Below are positions 24,469 through 37,400 of a DNA stretch of 64,000 nucleotides, in pieces; the first letter of the stretch is position 1; each line of letters starts with the position of its first letter. Under the pieces are notes generated by a model. The model worked only from the letters and a program-made list of their open reading frames with translations, was not told the origin of the DNA and did not search any database. The position numbers were made by a program, and so were the translations under genes. The DNA is from Lingula anatina (Eukaryota; Animalia; Brachiopoda): assembly GCA_051362555.1 (NCBI GenBank), contig CM120648.1:16984587-17048586 (forward strand), given 5' to 3'.

Positions 24469-24875
24469 TGAAGTGAACCCGAGTGGCTAAAGTCACTTAT
24501 TCTTGTGATAACTACAGTCTAACTAGCAGTGATACACATAAAGGCGGCTGTCACGCCCTGATCAGGGGCGTAGACCGCTTACCTTATATTCCACTTATAG
24601 GAATCCTGGTACGGTCTCACAACCGCTCCATGATCAATATCCACTATGGCACTATTGCTGAATGTCAGCTATAGTGGTATAATTAAGTAGGTATGGTATT
24701 GGTCAAGGAATACTCGCAGATTGTGGATTTGACGCCCAAGGTGTGTTCTGTCCGGTGTCTCGTAGTCGAGTGTTAGTCAATTCATATCACGCGCTTCTTC
24801 AGCGTGTGTCGACACCTGGATGGCGCTTCTTCAAGACAGCCCACAACCTTAACATACTGGTTCACAATCACAACA
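24469..24875 (-). repeat. 5' LTR of non-autonomous element copy 1
   Basis: Identical by eye to 17607-18013. Confidence 0.93.
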
Positions 24876-25020
24876 CAGCGCAGTCGTTTTTCGTGCGTGC
24901 AATATTCAGTCATACCGACGTAGATGGGGAAGTGAACTACCGTTCGGATAGAATGAGCGTTTGGGCTAAATTCGCGGCGATTATTATTATAAACTAAACA
25001 TTGAAAACATAATTACATAC

Positions 25021-25065
25021 CAAAGTCTGCTCGTAGCCAAATTCCTGCTTCCGTTCCTCCGCCAT
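25021..25065 (-). CDS. Putative first exon of the minus-strand host gene (MAEERKQEFGYEQTL)
   Basis: CAAGATGGCGG (YY1-type motif overlapping the ATG, typical of housekeeping-gene starts), CpG-rich context, and a GTATGT donor at 25020. Confidence 0.5.
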
Positions 25066-25364
25066 CTTGAAAGGGTAATTACTATCCACCGCACCCGGGT
25101 TACAGCCAAGACGAAACCAACTCCATGTTGCTGCGGGGAATGAATAGCAATTACGCAATGTTAACACTGCATAAGTGATGCATAATAACATGGCAGGGAG
25201 CAGCTGGAACTCATCTATCACTTAGTCCCTGAAGTAACCCTCCGAGGTACCCCCCCCCCCCCAAAAAAAAAAAAAAAATGAAAAAGTATACGATCGAGCG
25301 AACACAACAGATCATAACCAGTTCAACAAAATCAATTCCTGTGCCCTATTTTTTATTTTTATTA

Positions 25365-25395
<31 letters not shown>

Positions 25396-27177
25396 TGTGT
25401 GTGGTAACAAGACCTTCAATTTTTGTTGCTTTTAAACGCCTTTTTCTTTCATTATGATTTTACAAGTAGTTTATGTAAATCACCAGTTTTCAATAAGACC
25501 TTTTGAGAGGTTTCCATCTTTGATTTTTAATACCTACAAATATTTCCTGTCATTTCTATGATTGTGTTAGTAGCACTACTGCAAGGCACAACCAAAGTAC
25601 ACCCCCCCCCTTCTGCAATCAACAAGTGCGGCACCAGCACGATGCTCAGTCAACAATTTTCGGGGGGGGGGGGGGGGGTGCCTTATCAGGGATCATTTCC
25701 GCAAGCCCAATTCATTTTCACAGTCAATATACTAATTATACCCTGAGCGTCAGAGCAACGTAAAAGCTAGCTTGCTAAATATACCTTGTGGTGGAGTCGC
25801 TTTTTCTGGTATTGCTACTAAGGGTTATATATTAAATCAAGATCGGGCTGGCAATACCGGAATCTAGAACCTAGGGTAACTAATTAGTTCCTATTCTTAA
25901 ATTCCCCATTTGCCTTACAATTTAGGAATTAAATTTAAAATTAATTAGGATCTAAAAGTGACAAAAAAGTGCTTGAACGACATATTAAGAGTAAATTATA
26001 AAAAGCACAGAAGCAAAAATATCAGTCTAAGAGATAATATTCAAAGGATGGAAGGTCTAAAATAAAACAAAACAAAAAAGGGGGTTTTCTTTATCAATCA
26101 CTTAAAATTGCTTTTAAAATATACATCTTTCATAGTTATTTGCATATCCATTTTTTGCTATTCCAAAATATTACTTATCTTATAGGGCCTATTTAGGTAC
26201 ATTACACCTTGTTTGGCCTAGTATCGATCCATCTTAATACGATGTTTTCGGATCCCTCGGCCCAGCTCCTCGCAAGTGACACACGCAGCTTTATATGGGA
26301 TGGCAAAACTGTGTTTCCACTGATTATGTGGTGAGTCCTAACTAGGATTTTATTTTGTTTTCATACCAACTTCTCGAAAACTGATTCCATTTGAAGAAAC
26401 CAATAGTTTATATTATTGGTGCTGTATGTTGTCAAAATTGTCAGAATGTACAAAAAGCACCAAACTTGGCACAAATGTTCTTTGAATCATGTTGATCATT
26501 TTCAGGGGAAGTGGTAATAATTCCAAAGTGTTGCTTAGAAACTGTTGCTAGGGAAGTGAATAACCTTAGTAGCATGCTAATATACCTTTCTTGTCCAGTT
26601 TAAATGATTTAGAAAGGATGGTAATAAGGTTTCAGGTCATCAGAACTATCAGTAGACTATTTTTAGCCATTAATAGTCGAAATAACAGTTTGCTGGGTAA
26701 CGCATAACCCTAGCAGCAAGACTTTAAATTTGTGTTAATCTATTCATTTTTCCCATGTAGGTTGTTTAACGTAGATATCGTCCCCATTTGTCCTTACTGA
26801 CAGGTGGACATTGGATCTACGGCAGACTTGTGTGATATCTACCTGTGTCAGCACGTTTACAGCTGTGATGCATGGCCGACCATACACAGGACTCATCGGG
26901 TTTTTGACCTCACAGTAAATAAAAAGTACAGTAAGGATTGATCGGGTCAGTCCATGTCACAAATGAGTTAGTTTTTGTGGGAAAACTAAATGAGACCTAG
27001 TTATGGTTTGTCACACTTTGAGGTCACATGGGCACAAACAGACATGTTTACAGTTTTCACCTAATTTCACGGTGTTCTTTGTTAAGCGCGTTTCCATTTT
27101 GAAAAATATAGCGCTATCTGGGTCGTACAGAGGCCATTGCTACAGAAGAAGGCACAGCATTTGTACAACTAATTAAT

Positions 27178-27445
27178 GAGGTCATTCAGAACATATGATC
27201 CGCGGACTAACTGATCTGCAGGCTAACTATGGCCGACCAAACTTGAAAGCAGCGCCGCTTAATTCTCTGATGGTCTCCCGCCTCCACACGCGCCATTTAA
27301 TGGATTCCATCTCAGCTTCGCGGTTAAATTGCTAGGCCCCTGCAGCGACGGCGCGCGTGGAGGCGGGGAGACCATCAGAGAATTAGTCGGCGCTGCTTTT
27401 AATGGAGTCGGCCATATCTAGTCGGCGGATCAACCTGTGGACAAA
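27178..27445. mobile_element. PIF/Harbinger-like palindromic MITE (family of 45974-46262)
   Basis: Internal inverted repeat CTCCCGCCTCCACACGCGCC / GGCGCGCGTGGAGGCGGGGAG. Shares the tcattcagaa...atgatccg..actaactgatc start with 45974. Confidence 0.6.
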
Positions 27446-28019
27446 CAGTTCAGTCTAAAAGACTTGATTCACTTTCGATCCCAATTCATTTTGGTAAACT
27501 GGCACCTTGGTTGTAGTCTACAGAGCACCATTCTACAGTGGATGTAATATCATTATTGTATCCGTTTTTTTTTTCTTTTGGCTAAACAAAGCCTGCTAAA
27601 CTTGGCTATCCGACTTCGTAAATTCGACATAACAATATTGAAATTAAGAGTGTCATTATATATGGAGGACTGGCCCGCAACGAACAGACATGCCTACAAC
27701 AAATGGGCCATTCTCAACACTGGGAGTAAAATTCACTGTCAAGACAATCACATCATCACAAGCAAGAACACCGAAAAGGAGATCTTCCAGATCCTTTGTG
27801 GAACGCAGCATTGCCACCTGTGTTTGCTACGAGCGATCTTAGCGTGATGTTCGCCATGTCAACGTCTGTCCCCCTTGTGTAAACATCGTCTATTTACGGA
27901 AGATATGCGCCCCAAGGCATCGCAATCTGATAACGACCATCTGTTCCTCCACACCGTTCAAGTGACGGTAAGGCTTTTCAGATTGGGGACTGTTGTCATT
28001 AGATCCAAAACCTTCTAAG

Positions 28020-31000
28020 ATGACGAAGAGTAAAGACGACGAGGCAGGAGAAATTCGTTTAGATCATAAAGATGGTAAGTCCTCACCTTAAACCCGTTCC
28101 ACTCAGGTTACGGCGCACCAGAAAGGAACATGGTGACAAGGTTTAATTTGCGGCCATGGGATAGATAGAAAGACCAACATCACAGTATTTATCAATTAAT
28201 AAATCGTTGTGATTTTAGTTTAGGCCTACATGAGTAGATGCATGGTCATTATTAAAATTGATATCCATAAAATTTCCCAAAGGCTTAACGTTTCCGAGAC
28301 GCAAGCGAGTTTCGTGATTTTGTTTTATTCATAAAATCCCAACGTGTTAAATTAATGAATAGGTACACTTAGCAATATGAAACTTTGCTGCAATTTTGTT
28401 GCAAACCATACAATGTGCGGCAAGTATCGAGTTTGCAGGGTTTGCAAAAATAATTGTTGCTCTAAATTTGCTGCAAATTTTAAACAGCATCTCCAGTTAG
28501 CAGCACGTTTACAATAAATTTTTATATTCCCTTAAATTTTAAACATTAGCTCATTTGCACAGTAAAATTCCTAAGCATTTTGCAAACAGTAATTTTAAAC
28601 TTGTGATAACAGTTTACAAGAAATCTAACATTTTGCTGAGGAATATTCAGTTTATGTACTAAAATGTAAAACCACAATCGAATAGTTTTAATTTTATTAT
28701 TTTATTTATTTATTTTTTATTTTTTTGTCTAGTCTTGGTAACAATACAAACACAGAACACAATTTAAAACGTGAGACACATTGTATTTAATCAACAATGA
28801 CTACTTAGCATCCCATTCCTTCCTCAGTCCCTTACTTTCTATTTTCTCTTATAGTACCCTACTGGACGTCCTGCCGGGTGTGGCTGTCACTCATGGGTTT
28901 TATTGGCATGATCAATGTGTACGCATTGCGTACTAACATCAGCTTCGCCATGGTGTGTATGGTTCGCCACGGATCTAATCTGAATGGAACCAACTCGACG
29001 ATAGATGGAGCCAATGTTACTAATAACAGCGACTTCACTGTAACGCCATGTGGCCAACTGAGTGGTGGGTCATCAAGAGCGTTTGTAAGTATTTTATTAC
29101 ACATACACTCACTGAACTGTTACATGTATACAGGTGGATTTGGAGAGTTAAGGCACTAGACCTATATTTCCACATGTTTTTGTATTTGCCGCATTTAATA
29201 GCCTAACGAAGAGATAGAAAGCAATGTTAGCACCACTTTCTATTTATTTATTTATTTATTTATTTATTTTGATTGGTCGATGTGGTTTAAGATGATTTGG
29301 TATATTTTTTTAATTACATGTTGGTCATTCCGCAGAATGTAAGAATTTGAGTTACGCAAGTGAGGCACACATATAATACTCGTTCATATATTTGCATTTT
29401 CGTAAAACGTTTTTTAATTACCATTATTGGTATTTTCCCAAATTGTATATACAGGGTTACCACTAAATATGGAATATTATTTTTTGGCGAGCAAATTTTC
29501 TATAAAATATTTAATTTCTCTATAACTATTTTAAATCTAAACCTGAGGTGTCACTCCATGTGTAGCCAGGTGTGTTAACTAATTACCACACAACTCTCGA
29601 AACAATTGATGCATGCAGTTGCATGTTCTGTGGTCAGAAATGTGAGGGGTGGTCTTTTCGGCAATTTCTGCCCTTGTATAAAAACGCATGGGTTAGGTCA
29701 ATCTTTGGAGTGTGCTAAGAGAAGCAACAAAGGGATCGCTCTGAAACTTGACAGGTACCTTAGTGAAGATATGGTTCGACATCTAAGCAACGCAGCTTAC
29801 TATGGGATTCTTGCTCTCAGAGAAAATTGCCAGAAACGGACAGTCATTGCCAGGAAATTCAACATTTATCAGGAACTGTTTGTAAAGTCCTCCAAAGAAA
29901 TGCTGCAACAGGGGCACCTACTCCAATACCTCGACCAGGGTGTCTGCGTTAGACATCAAGAAGACAGGATCGTCATCTCCGTAGAGGACGCCGTGCTGGT
30001 CGTACAAAGACAACCAGTGTCCTCAGAAAAGAGAGGCAGAATGCCATTCAAACGCCCGTTTCAAGGTTCCTCGTGAACAAGAGACTACTGCAAGCTGGTT
30101 ATTTTGCACGAAGGCCAGTATGGAAACCACTGTTAACAGCAGGTCATATATAGCGACGTTTGCAATGGGCTGGGAGCCACGTGCGTTTGCAGCCAAAACA
30201 CTGGAATCACGTCGTTTTCAGTGATGAGTCCAGATATGAATTTTTTGGGGGTTGATGGTCGAATCCGTGTCCACCGACGTGTACGAGGGACATAAAACGA
30301 TGATTGTGTACTGCCTAGGGTGCAAGCAGGGGATGGTAACGTCTCTGTTTGGGGAGCATTTCATGTCGGTGCCCAGAACCAGTTGGTTTCTCTAGGAGGC
30401 AACCTCATCCAGGATTCCTACAGAGACATTCTACAGCAAACTTCAGGAACAAATTTGTGTACCAAGACGACTGCGCAACCCCACATCGAGCCCGCAGAAT
30501 CACTGTTTTTCTTCAAAACCAATGGGTTCAGCAACTGCCCTGGCCTGCAAACTCTCCAGATTTGAACCCAATTGAAAAACTTTGGGCAAAAGTAACTCAC
30601 AGAATTAATGGCTATGGTCATCGTCCGGTAAATAGTGATGAACTGCGACAGGCAAATATCACTGCGTGTAATGATATCCCCATCCAAACTCTAAAAACGT
30701 GTCACAGGGCATGCCATGTAGGTTGAGGGCGCTGCAAGCGGCTGCTGGAGGTCATACCCACAATTACTGACTTTTCATGATTTACTGTAGTGAGTTCTTT
30801 GACTGTGTAACATATCACTGTCCGGAGGCTATCATTTTCTTTAATATATTAGTTTAAAGACAGTCTCAGTGGGTTAGATTAATGTATAGAAGCAGGTTCT
30901 ATGTAAAACTTTGGTCAGATTTGTGTTTTGTGAGATTGTTTATTATTATATTGATAAGTCTGGGTCACAAAAGTTCTGTTTAGACAACTAGAATAAAAAA

Positions 31001-34000
31001 TTAGAAAACGAAAACTATTTATCATGATTTCGGAGCACAGCCGGAAGTACCTCCGGCTCAAGGTCACGACCTCGATTTTCCCACGCTTACGACCAATCAC
31101 AGCAGGCTTCAGTCAGAATGAGATAGACGTCACGACTACAGAGCAAAACTTGTCAGACATGTAAATGCCGCCTGTCCACCTTTTCGGTACATGTACCGAT
31201 CAAAAACAGAAAACGTAAATCCCAAAACGCTCTTATACACGTAACCAACTTTGTATGAGCACAAATATTGCCATTTATTGTGAACAGGATAATATGATAA
31301 TGAGACACACTTGAGACCTGTGAAGCGCATACTCACGTGTCGAGGAGTAGTTTCGCCATTGCCTCCTAACTCAGCTTTAAGTGTCCTCCACCGCCCCACC
31401 TCCCTCCCAACATACACAGTCTGAGTGCTTCTTCGTCTGTCTCTAATTTTCTTTCGTATCTTTCGAACTGGAGTGGCTATTTTCTTTCGTCCCCTTTTGT
31501 CGCTCTCCTCTTCAGACTTGACGCGCGTCTCCATGTTTGCTGTTTTGGCGCCAAATAGTAACATCCGGGTCTCAGCCGTAGTACTTCATTCATAGTAAAC
31601 CGCGAGACTTAGCGAGAAATTGCGCGTTCTGAAGCCGTACTGTGAGGTGGTAGCTGAGTATTTAAGACGAGTCGTCTTTTATTATTTAATGGAACTTAAA
31701 AACGGTATTAGGTAGCTTCATTTTCTGAACGGTTTTGGATAGGATATACCTTGATCATTATGGGGAAATTGGTGAGATTTTCAGGAAAATTCATTTTCGT
31801 GCTACTTTAAGGGTTTAACGCGCTGAGACTGTCTTTAAAGTTAATACTGACATCAAACTGTTGATATGGTTTTCTGGGGGTGTTCCTTTCTTTTGAATGG
31901 CATCTTATGTCAGATTTGATATTATTGACCAAAATATCTCACAACAGAAGACTGGATGTTTTTATCACTTAGTAACATACTTTTTGTGATGAATCCAGCC
32001 AAAAAAAATTAATCAGCACTCAAAAATAACAATGATAAAAATATTCCATATTAAATAGCAACCCCGTAATGTAAACAGCAGAAAAAATGCCAACATTACA
32101 CGGAATATGTGCGTCAATAACACGACTCCGATGTTCAACTTTTTGTGGCCCTAATGCTGCAGCTATTTGGCAAATTGAAGGATTCGCTTCAGTATTAGTA
32201 TAAATCAATAATGACAATGTTCCTTAACTTTTTTTGTTCAAGAGACGTGACGAATAAAACTAGAATGCTATTAAACTCAGACCTGGTTGCACTGTCAAAT
32301 ATCTAGTTATTTGGGCTATGATCGCTGACACACTTTAGAGTGGCTTAATACTGATAAATTCCGGATTAGTCCTGCGTCCCTGTAATATCTTACTAATGCA
32401 AATACAGATGAGGGATAAATACTGATATAATTCATCAATGAAGGCGAGTGCTGTACTATTACTCTGGTCGTGTGTAGCAGTGACTTATAAAGGAGTGTTT
32501 TATTATGATGCGCGGCTGTTATCTTAGCTACCACTGAGAGCAGGGGAACGCAGCTGTGGCGGATTTAGACAGGCGCAGGGGGGTCTTGATCCCACCTTCG
32601 GTTTCTGAAAAAATCACACTTATATTCCTCTCTTTAAATTAGAGTTTTAACTAACTGATTTATAGTCCTTGACCGTTCCAAATGGCACCATTTGACCTTC
32701 AAAACACCAAAATACCACGTTTTAAGTACGCGCATATCGCAAATTTTGCAGTTATTATTATTATATTTTATCATTATTTTAAAATAATAATAATTATTAT
32801 TATTTTAAAAGAGTCCATATCATAATAAAGGTTATTATTATTTTAAAATAATAATAACCTTTATTATAATATGGACTCTTTCAACTGTAAAATGGATTGT
32901 ATAGGCACTATAAGAAAGTGATAAAAGTGACACATCATGATAATTTCCACTTAAACATAAATCCTTCAAGTTCAATGCAATGAAGTTCATACATTGACGA
33001 TTTTGATCGCTTACAGGGTAACAATCTTAACAGATTAAACAGTTCTGAATTTTTAAAATGCTGAGGGTGGCTTCAGAGGGGGCGTCTCGATAGTCCGAAG
33101 GTTCATTGGTCCGAAGGTTCATTGGTCCGAAAAGTGGTAACATTTTCATCGATTTTTTAATCAAGGGTTCATTGGTCCGAAGGTTCTATAGTGAACATTC
33201 GGACCAATGAACCTTCGGACTATTGAACCTTCGGACTATCGCTACGGCCCCGCTTCAGATATGTGAGTGTTCCACTTTTGAAAATAAGTGATTCCATTTA
33301 TGTTCTTCCATACGCATACTTTGACACTTAAACAACATACATATATATCAGATAAAACAAACAAACAGAAGTTCTCATTTGTAGGGTATTCGCGTAAGAT
33401 ATTTATAAGTATGGTATCTGATATTTATCAAATTACACCGTGTAGCACATGTTCTGTCCAGGATGCCACTCTTGTACAACAGATTCCAGGGTGTTATTAT
33501 GATAAACAAGAAAACACCAAATATGACCCTCAACATACTTGATCATATTGCAGGACGGTGAATTGGACTGGGATAAGAGCTTAAGAGGCAACATTTTAAG
33601 CTCGTTCTTCTATGGGTACATCTGCACTCAGATCCTCGGCGGCTGGTTGGCGGGGAGATATGGCGGGAAACACGTGCTGGGCACCGCCATGGTCATTGCG
33701 TTTGCGATGACGATGGTGACGCCGATTGCTTCCAGAACACACCCGTACCTCGTGATAGCAGCGCGGGTGCTGATGGGATTGGCGACTGTGAGTATGAATA
33801 CATGACACGTGCAGATCGAGCTATTAACGTCACGTACAGATCTTAGTATGAATAACTTCACTGAAACACTGCATTGGCAAATTATCATAGCTATATCAAT
33901 GGCTTTTCAAATAAAACTTTTTTCAATAAAAATATTTGCTCGATTTTCGTCTCGATTACCATAAGGTTGATTGACTGATAGTGATATTGATGTATTTTAT

Positions 34001-34442
34001 TACTACAATTAATTAGTTCATTAATTTTTTTTATTTACTAACCTATACAACCAAGTAATACCTGTATGATGCAATGTGCTGTGTACACTTCCAGGCAGGA
34101 GTCTGTCCGGAAATACCCGCTACATGTATATAGTTAGTCAATCCATTTATTTATTTATTTATTTATTCATTTATTTATTTATTTATTTGCGGTCCTTTGG
34201 CTCTATGCTACGCAGTACAATGATTTAATCGACCTTGTCAACTTCCAGGGAGTCGTCTTCCCAGCAATGCACGCTATATGGGGGAAATGGGCGCCGCCAT
34301 TAGAGAGAAGTAAACTGATGTCGTTCTGTTACTCTGGGACCATTATTGGAAACATTGTGGCACTGTCCTTGTCCGGGTTCCTCTGCGAGATACAGCTAGA
34401 CAATGGATGGCCCTTTATATTCTACGTTTATGGTCAGTGTTC

Positions 34443-34476
<34 letters not shown>

Positions 34477-37400
34477 TCAGTAATAACATTTAACAATGGG
34501 AGTGAAACTCCGTGGGGCGTAGATGTCAGTTAAAAAAAATACAAAAGTAGTATACAAAACATGAAGAATACGCACTATACTGCTTAGGATTGTAATAATA
34601 TCCTAATAATAATATAATAATATAGTATCTATAAATATATTCTGCAGTAATATCCGCTGTCAGGTGTTCTTCGTCACCACAACCCTCTCGTTGGTATGTC
34701 AGCGTTGCATGGCTTCCGGTTGATTTCGCGAAAATTCGCTTACTTACGGAAATTACATGTTACTGTAGGATCCTACCCAGCAAACATGGAACTTTTTTTT
34801 TTATTACGTTACCATAACTTTTTTTTGTTATCTAAACATTATGGTAACGCTATAATAACGTTCTATGTTAGCTGATTTTAGGAAGTCTTATTTGAACTTG
34901 GTCCAAAATATTATAGGGTCCTAAAGGTTATATGTCCAAAATTAGAATCCTAAAGAGCGTCCGACAGAATTCACATACAATTCCAATTCGGTAGGATTGC
35001 TTTAGGGCATTTTCGTATGGGACCCATTTTGCTTGATATTAATTCCTAGTTGGTGCAAATCCTGTCAAGTAATGGGATATAAAAATATTAAGCGTGGTGT
35101 GTTTTCTGTTAAAGGGGCGTTCTGTTTCCTGTGGTTGTGTGGTTGGTATTTGACGGTTTTTGACACCCCGGCGTCCCATCCAAGGATCGGTCAGCCAGAG
35201 AGAACGTACATACAGCAGTCTATAGGACATCATCCGGGACTGGAGGTAATCTGAACGAGACTGTGCGAGAATACACGAAAATATACGAGATAATGCATAA
35301 ATGTTGGAGATTTCGTTCTCCTGGATCATCCTATTGTCTACGGTAATAGGCCTACATGTTCATGAACATCTGCCCTCCGTGCATACGATAATGGTATGAC
35401 CCAACCCTTTATGATGTTGAAGTAACTTTGCTATACCCTTGCTGAAATATCGGGTATTTTGTGTCTTTTGCAAAAGTAGAAGTACAAAGAATTTGTAAAA
35501 CAGTTGACACCTCCTCCCCAGAAATAAGAAAGGGACCTACGTGTATGGTGAGACTAATAAATATACATGGTGCGAGAAATAGATGAAAAAATCATTCTTT
35601 TTCTGCACCCGAATGTAACGAACTACATGTAGGCCTAGTAGTACAAATATACATATACATATACATGTAGGACAGTGAACCCATACTTCCATGTCAACAG
35701 TCTTTACACGCCACTATTAACAACGGAATTTCTTTTCCATCCCAGAAAGTCTCGGTCCCGTGGCTGACGTTCGCCAAGTCGCCTGCTGTGTGGGCGATAA
35801 TAGTCGCCCATACCTGCAATAACTGGGGCAACTACACCCTGATGACCAGTCTGCCGACATTTATGAAGGAAGTTTTAGCGTTTGACGTGAAGCAGGTGGG
35901 TGAGGTGGGATTGTGTTAGTTGAGAAAGATTTGATTAGAAAGCATTTTTTGATCAGGCTGGATAGAATGGAATTGTGCTTATTGAGAAACTTTTCATAAG
36001 AAAGTATTCTGAAAAACAGGCTTGGTGAAATTAAACGACAATAAGTGACACGCATTGACTAAAGACTGTTAATATAGAGCTACTAGTTGTATTTTACAGA
36101 CTGTTAAACTTTCACAACGTTTTTCTTTCAGAACGGGCTATTTTCAGCGTTGCCGTATTTAGCGATGTACGTGAGTACCATCTTGTTTGGTCAAATTGCT
36201 GATCGTCTGCGAGAGCGCCGTGTATTGAACACCACGTGGACCAGAAAACTGTTCCAATCTATCGGTCAGTGGCAGTCTGGTTCATTTGGATAATTTTGAC
36301 ACAAAACTGATTATTTGCATAATTATGCTGTTTTTTTTAAAAGAAAAATATAAATCTGTATTAAATCTTAATCCTCAGTATAAAAATTAATGCAGCCCAC
36401 GTCAGAAACAGGTCTGCTGCAGTGTAACAAGTATAAATTGCATCTCGGTAGTACCTTTTATATAGCGGAATCAAATGTATGCATGGTTTTATTGTTAGAA
36501 GCAAATAAATGCATAAATTTACCGTAAAAAACAAAAGGTACCCAATATTTTCAGGTGGTTTCCTGCCAGCAGCCTTCCTCATAGCAACGGGGTTTGTTGA
36601 TTGTGAGACCCGGATGATAGGCGTGGCTTTCCTGACACTGGGCGTGGCGTTTACTGCAGGCGTGCGTGCAGGCTTCCAGATCAACCACGTGGACATTGCC
36701 CCCAGGTAAGAGCGGACACTCGCGTACTTGAAGTCCTTAATGCGTGGTGTGACGTAATATGGCTGTTAAAAATTAAAAAATTAAAAAATTAAAAATTAAA
36801 AAATTAAAAATTAAAAATTTCAGCACTGATTACTATACATGTAGTTTCACCCCCTCATATGATGTCCTGTGTAGCCTGCCTTTAACATGGGGTATTGTTT
36901 AAAAGATTTCGCTCATGGATATAATCGACAGCTCGGTAGAAAATAAACGTTTTTTAAAATTTAATTTAATTTAATTTTTTTAGGTTCGCAGGTGAAATCT
37001 ACGGCATAACAAACACGCTATCGACGATCCCAGGCATGGTTTCCCCTATTGCTGTGGGCGCTTTAACTCCAAACGTAAGCGGTCACTTGCAAAAATTCAT
37101 GTTTATGCTCACTCCATGGCCATTGCTTTGCAGATTTAACAACTTTTCAAATTTTTTATTATCTTTATTTATTTATTTGTTTGTTTGTTTATTTTTGTGT
37201 AAAATTTCAAAGAATCTTTGTAATAACAGATGGTTTATAGCTCATGAGTACCTCGAATACCTTTTAAGAGGACATTTATGTGCACATGTACAGTAACCGT
37301 GCATATAATAGCATGAATGGAAAATAATGTTACATATTGTGATTTTATTGATTAGTGCAATATATTTGACTTCAGTTGTTATGAGTGCGTATAACTCTTC

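Larger units (their letters stand above)
17607..24875 (-). mobile_element. Non-autonomous Gypsy-derived LTR element (LARD-like), copy 1, 7269 bp
   Basis: Two 407-bp TG...CA LTRs identical by eye (17607-18013 and 24469-24875). 4-bp TSD CAGC (17603-17606, 24876-24879). PBS TGGCGACAAGGA on the minus strand next to the right LTR; PPT TGGGGGGGAA next to the left LTR. The interior has no ORF >100 aa but retains gag and RT remnants. Confidence 0.93.
29131..32240 (+). mobile_element. Decayed Tc1/mariner transposon in intron 2 of paralog 1
   Basis: TA|CAGGTGG left end at 29131 and a transposase remnant inside. The right end is uncertain (GTTCCTTAACT at ~32219 resembles the inverse of AGTTAAGGCAC). 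Confidence 0.55.

Noticed and set aside
29606-30076. 156-aa ORF as a host gene
   Set aside because: It is the frameshifted 5' part of the Tc1 transposase pseudogene.
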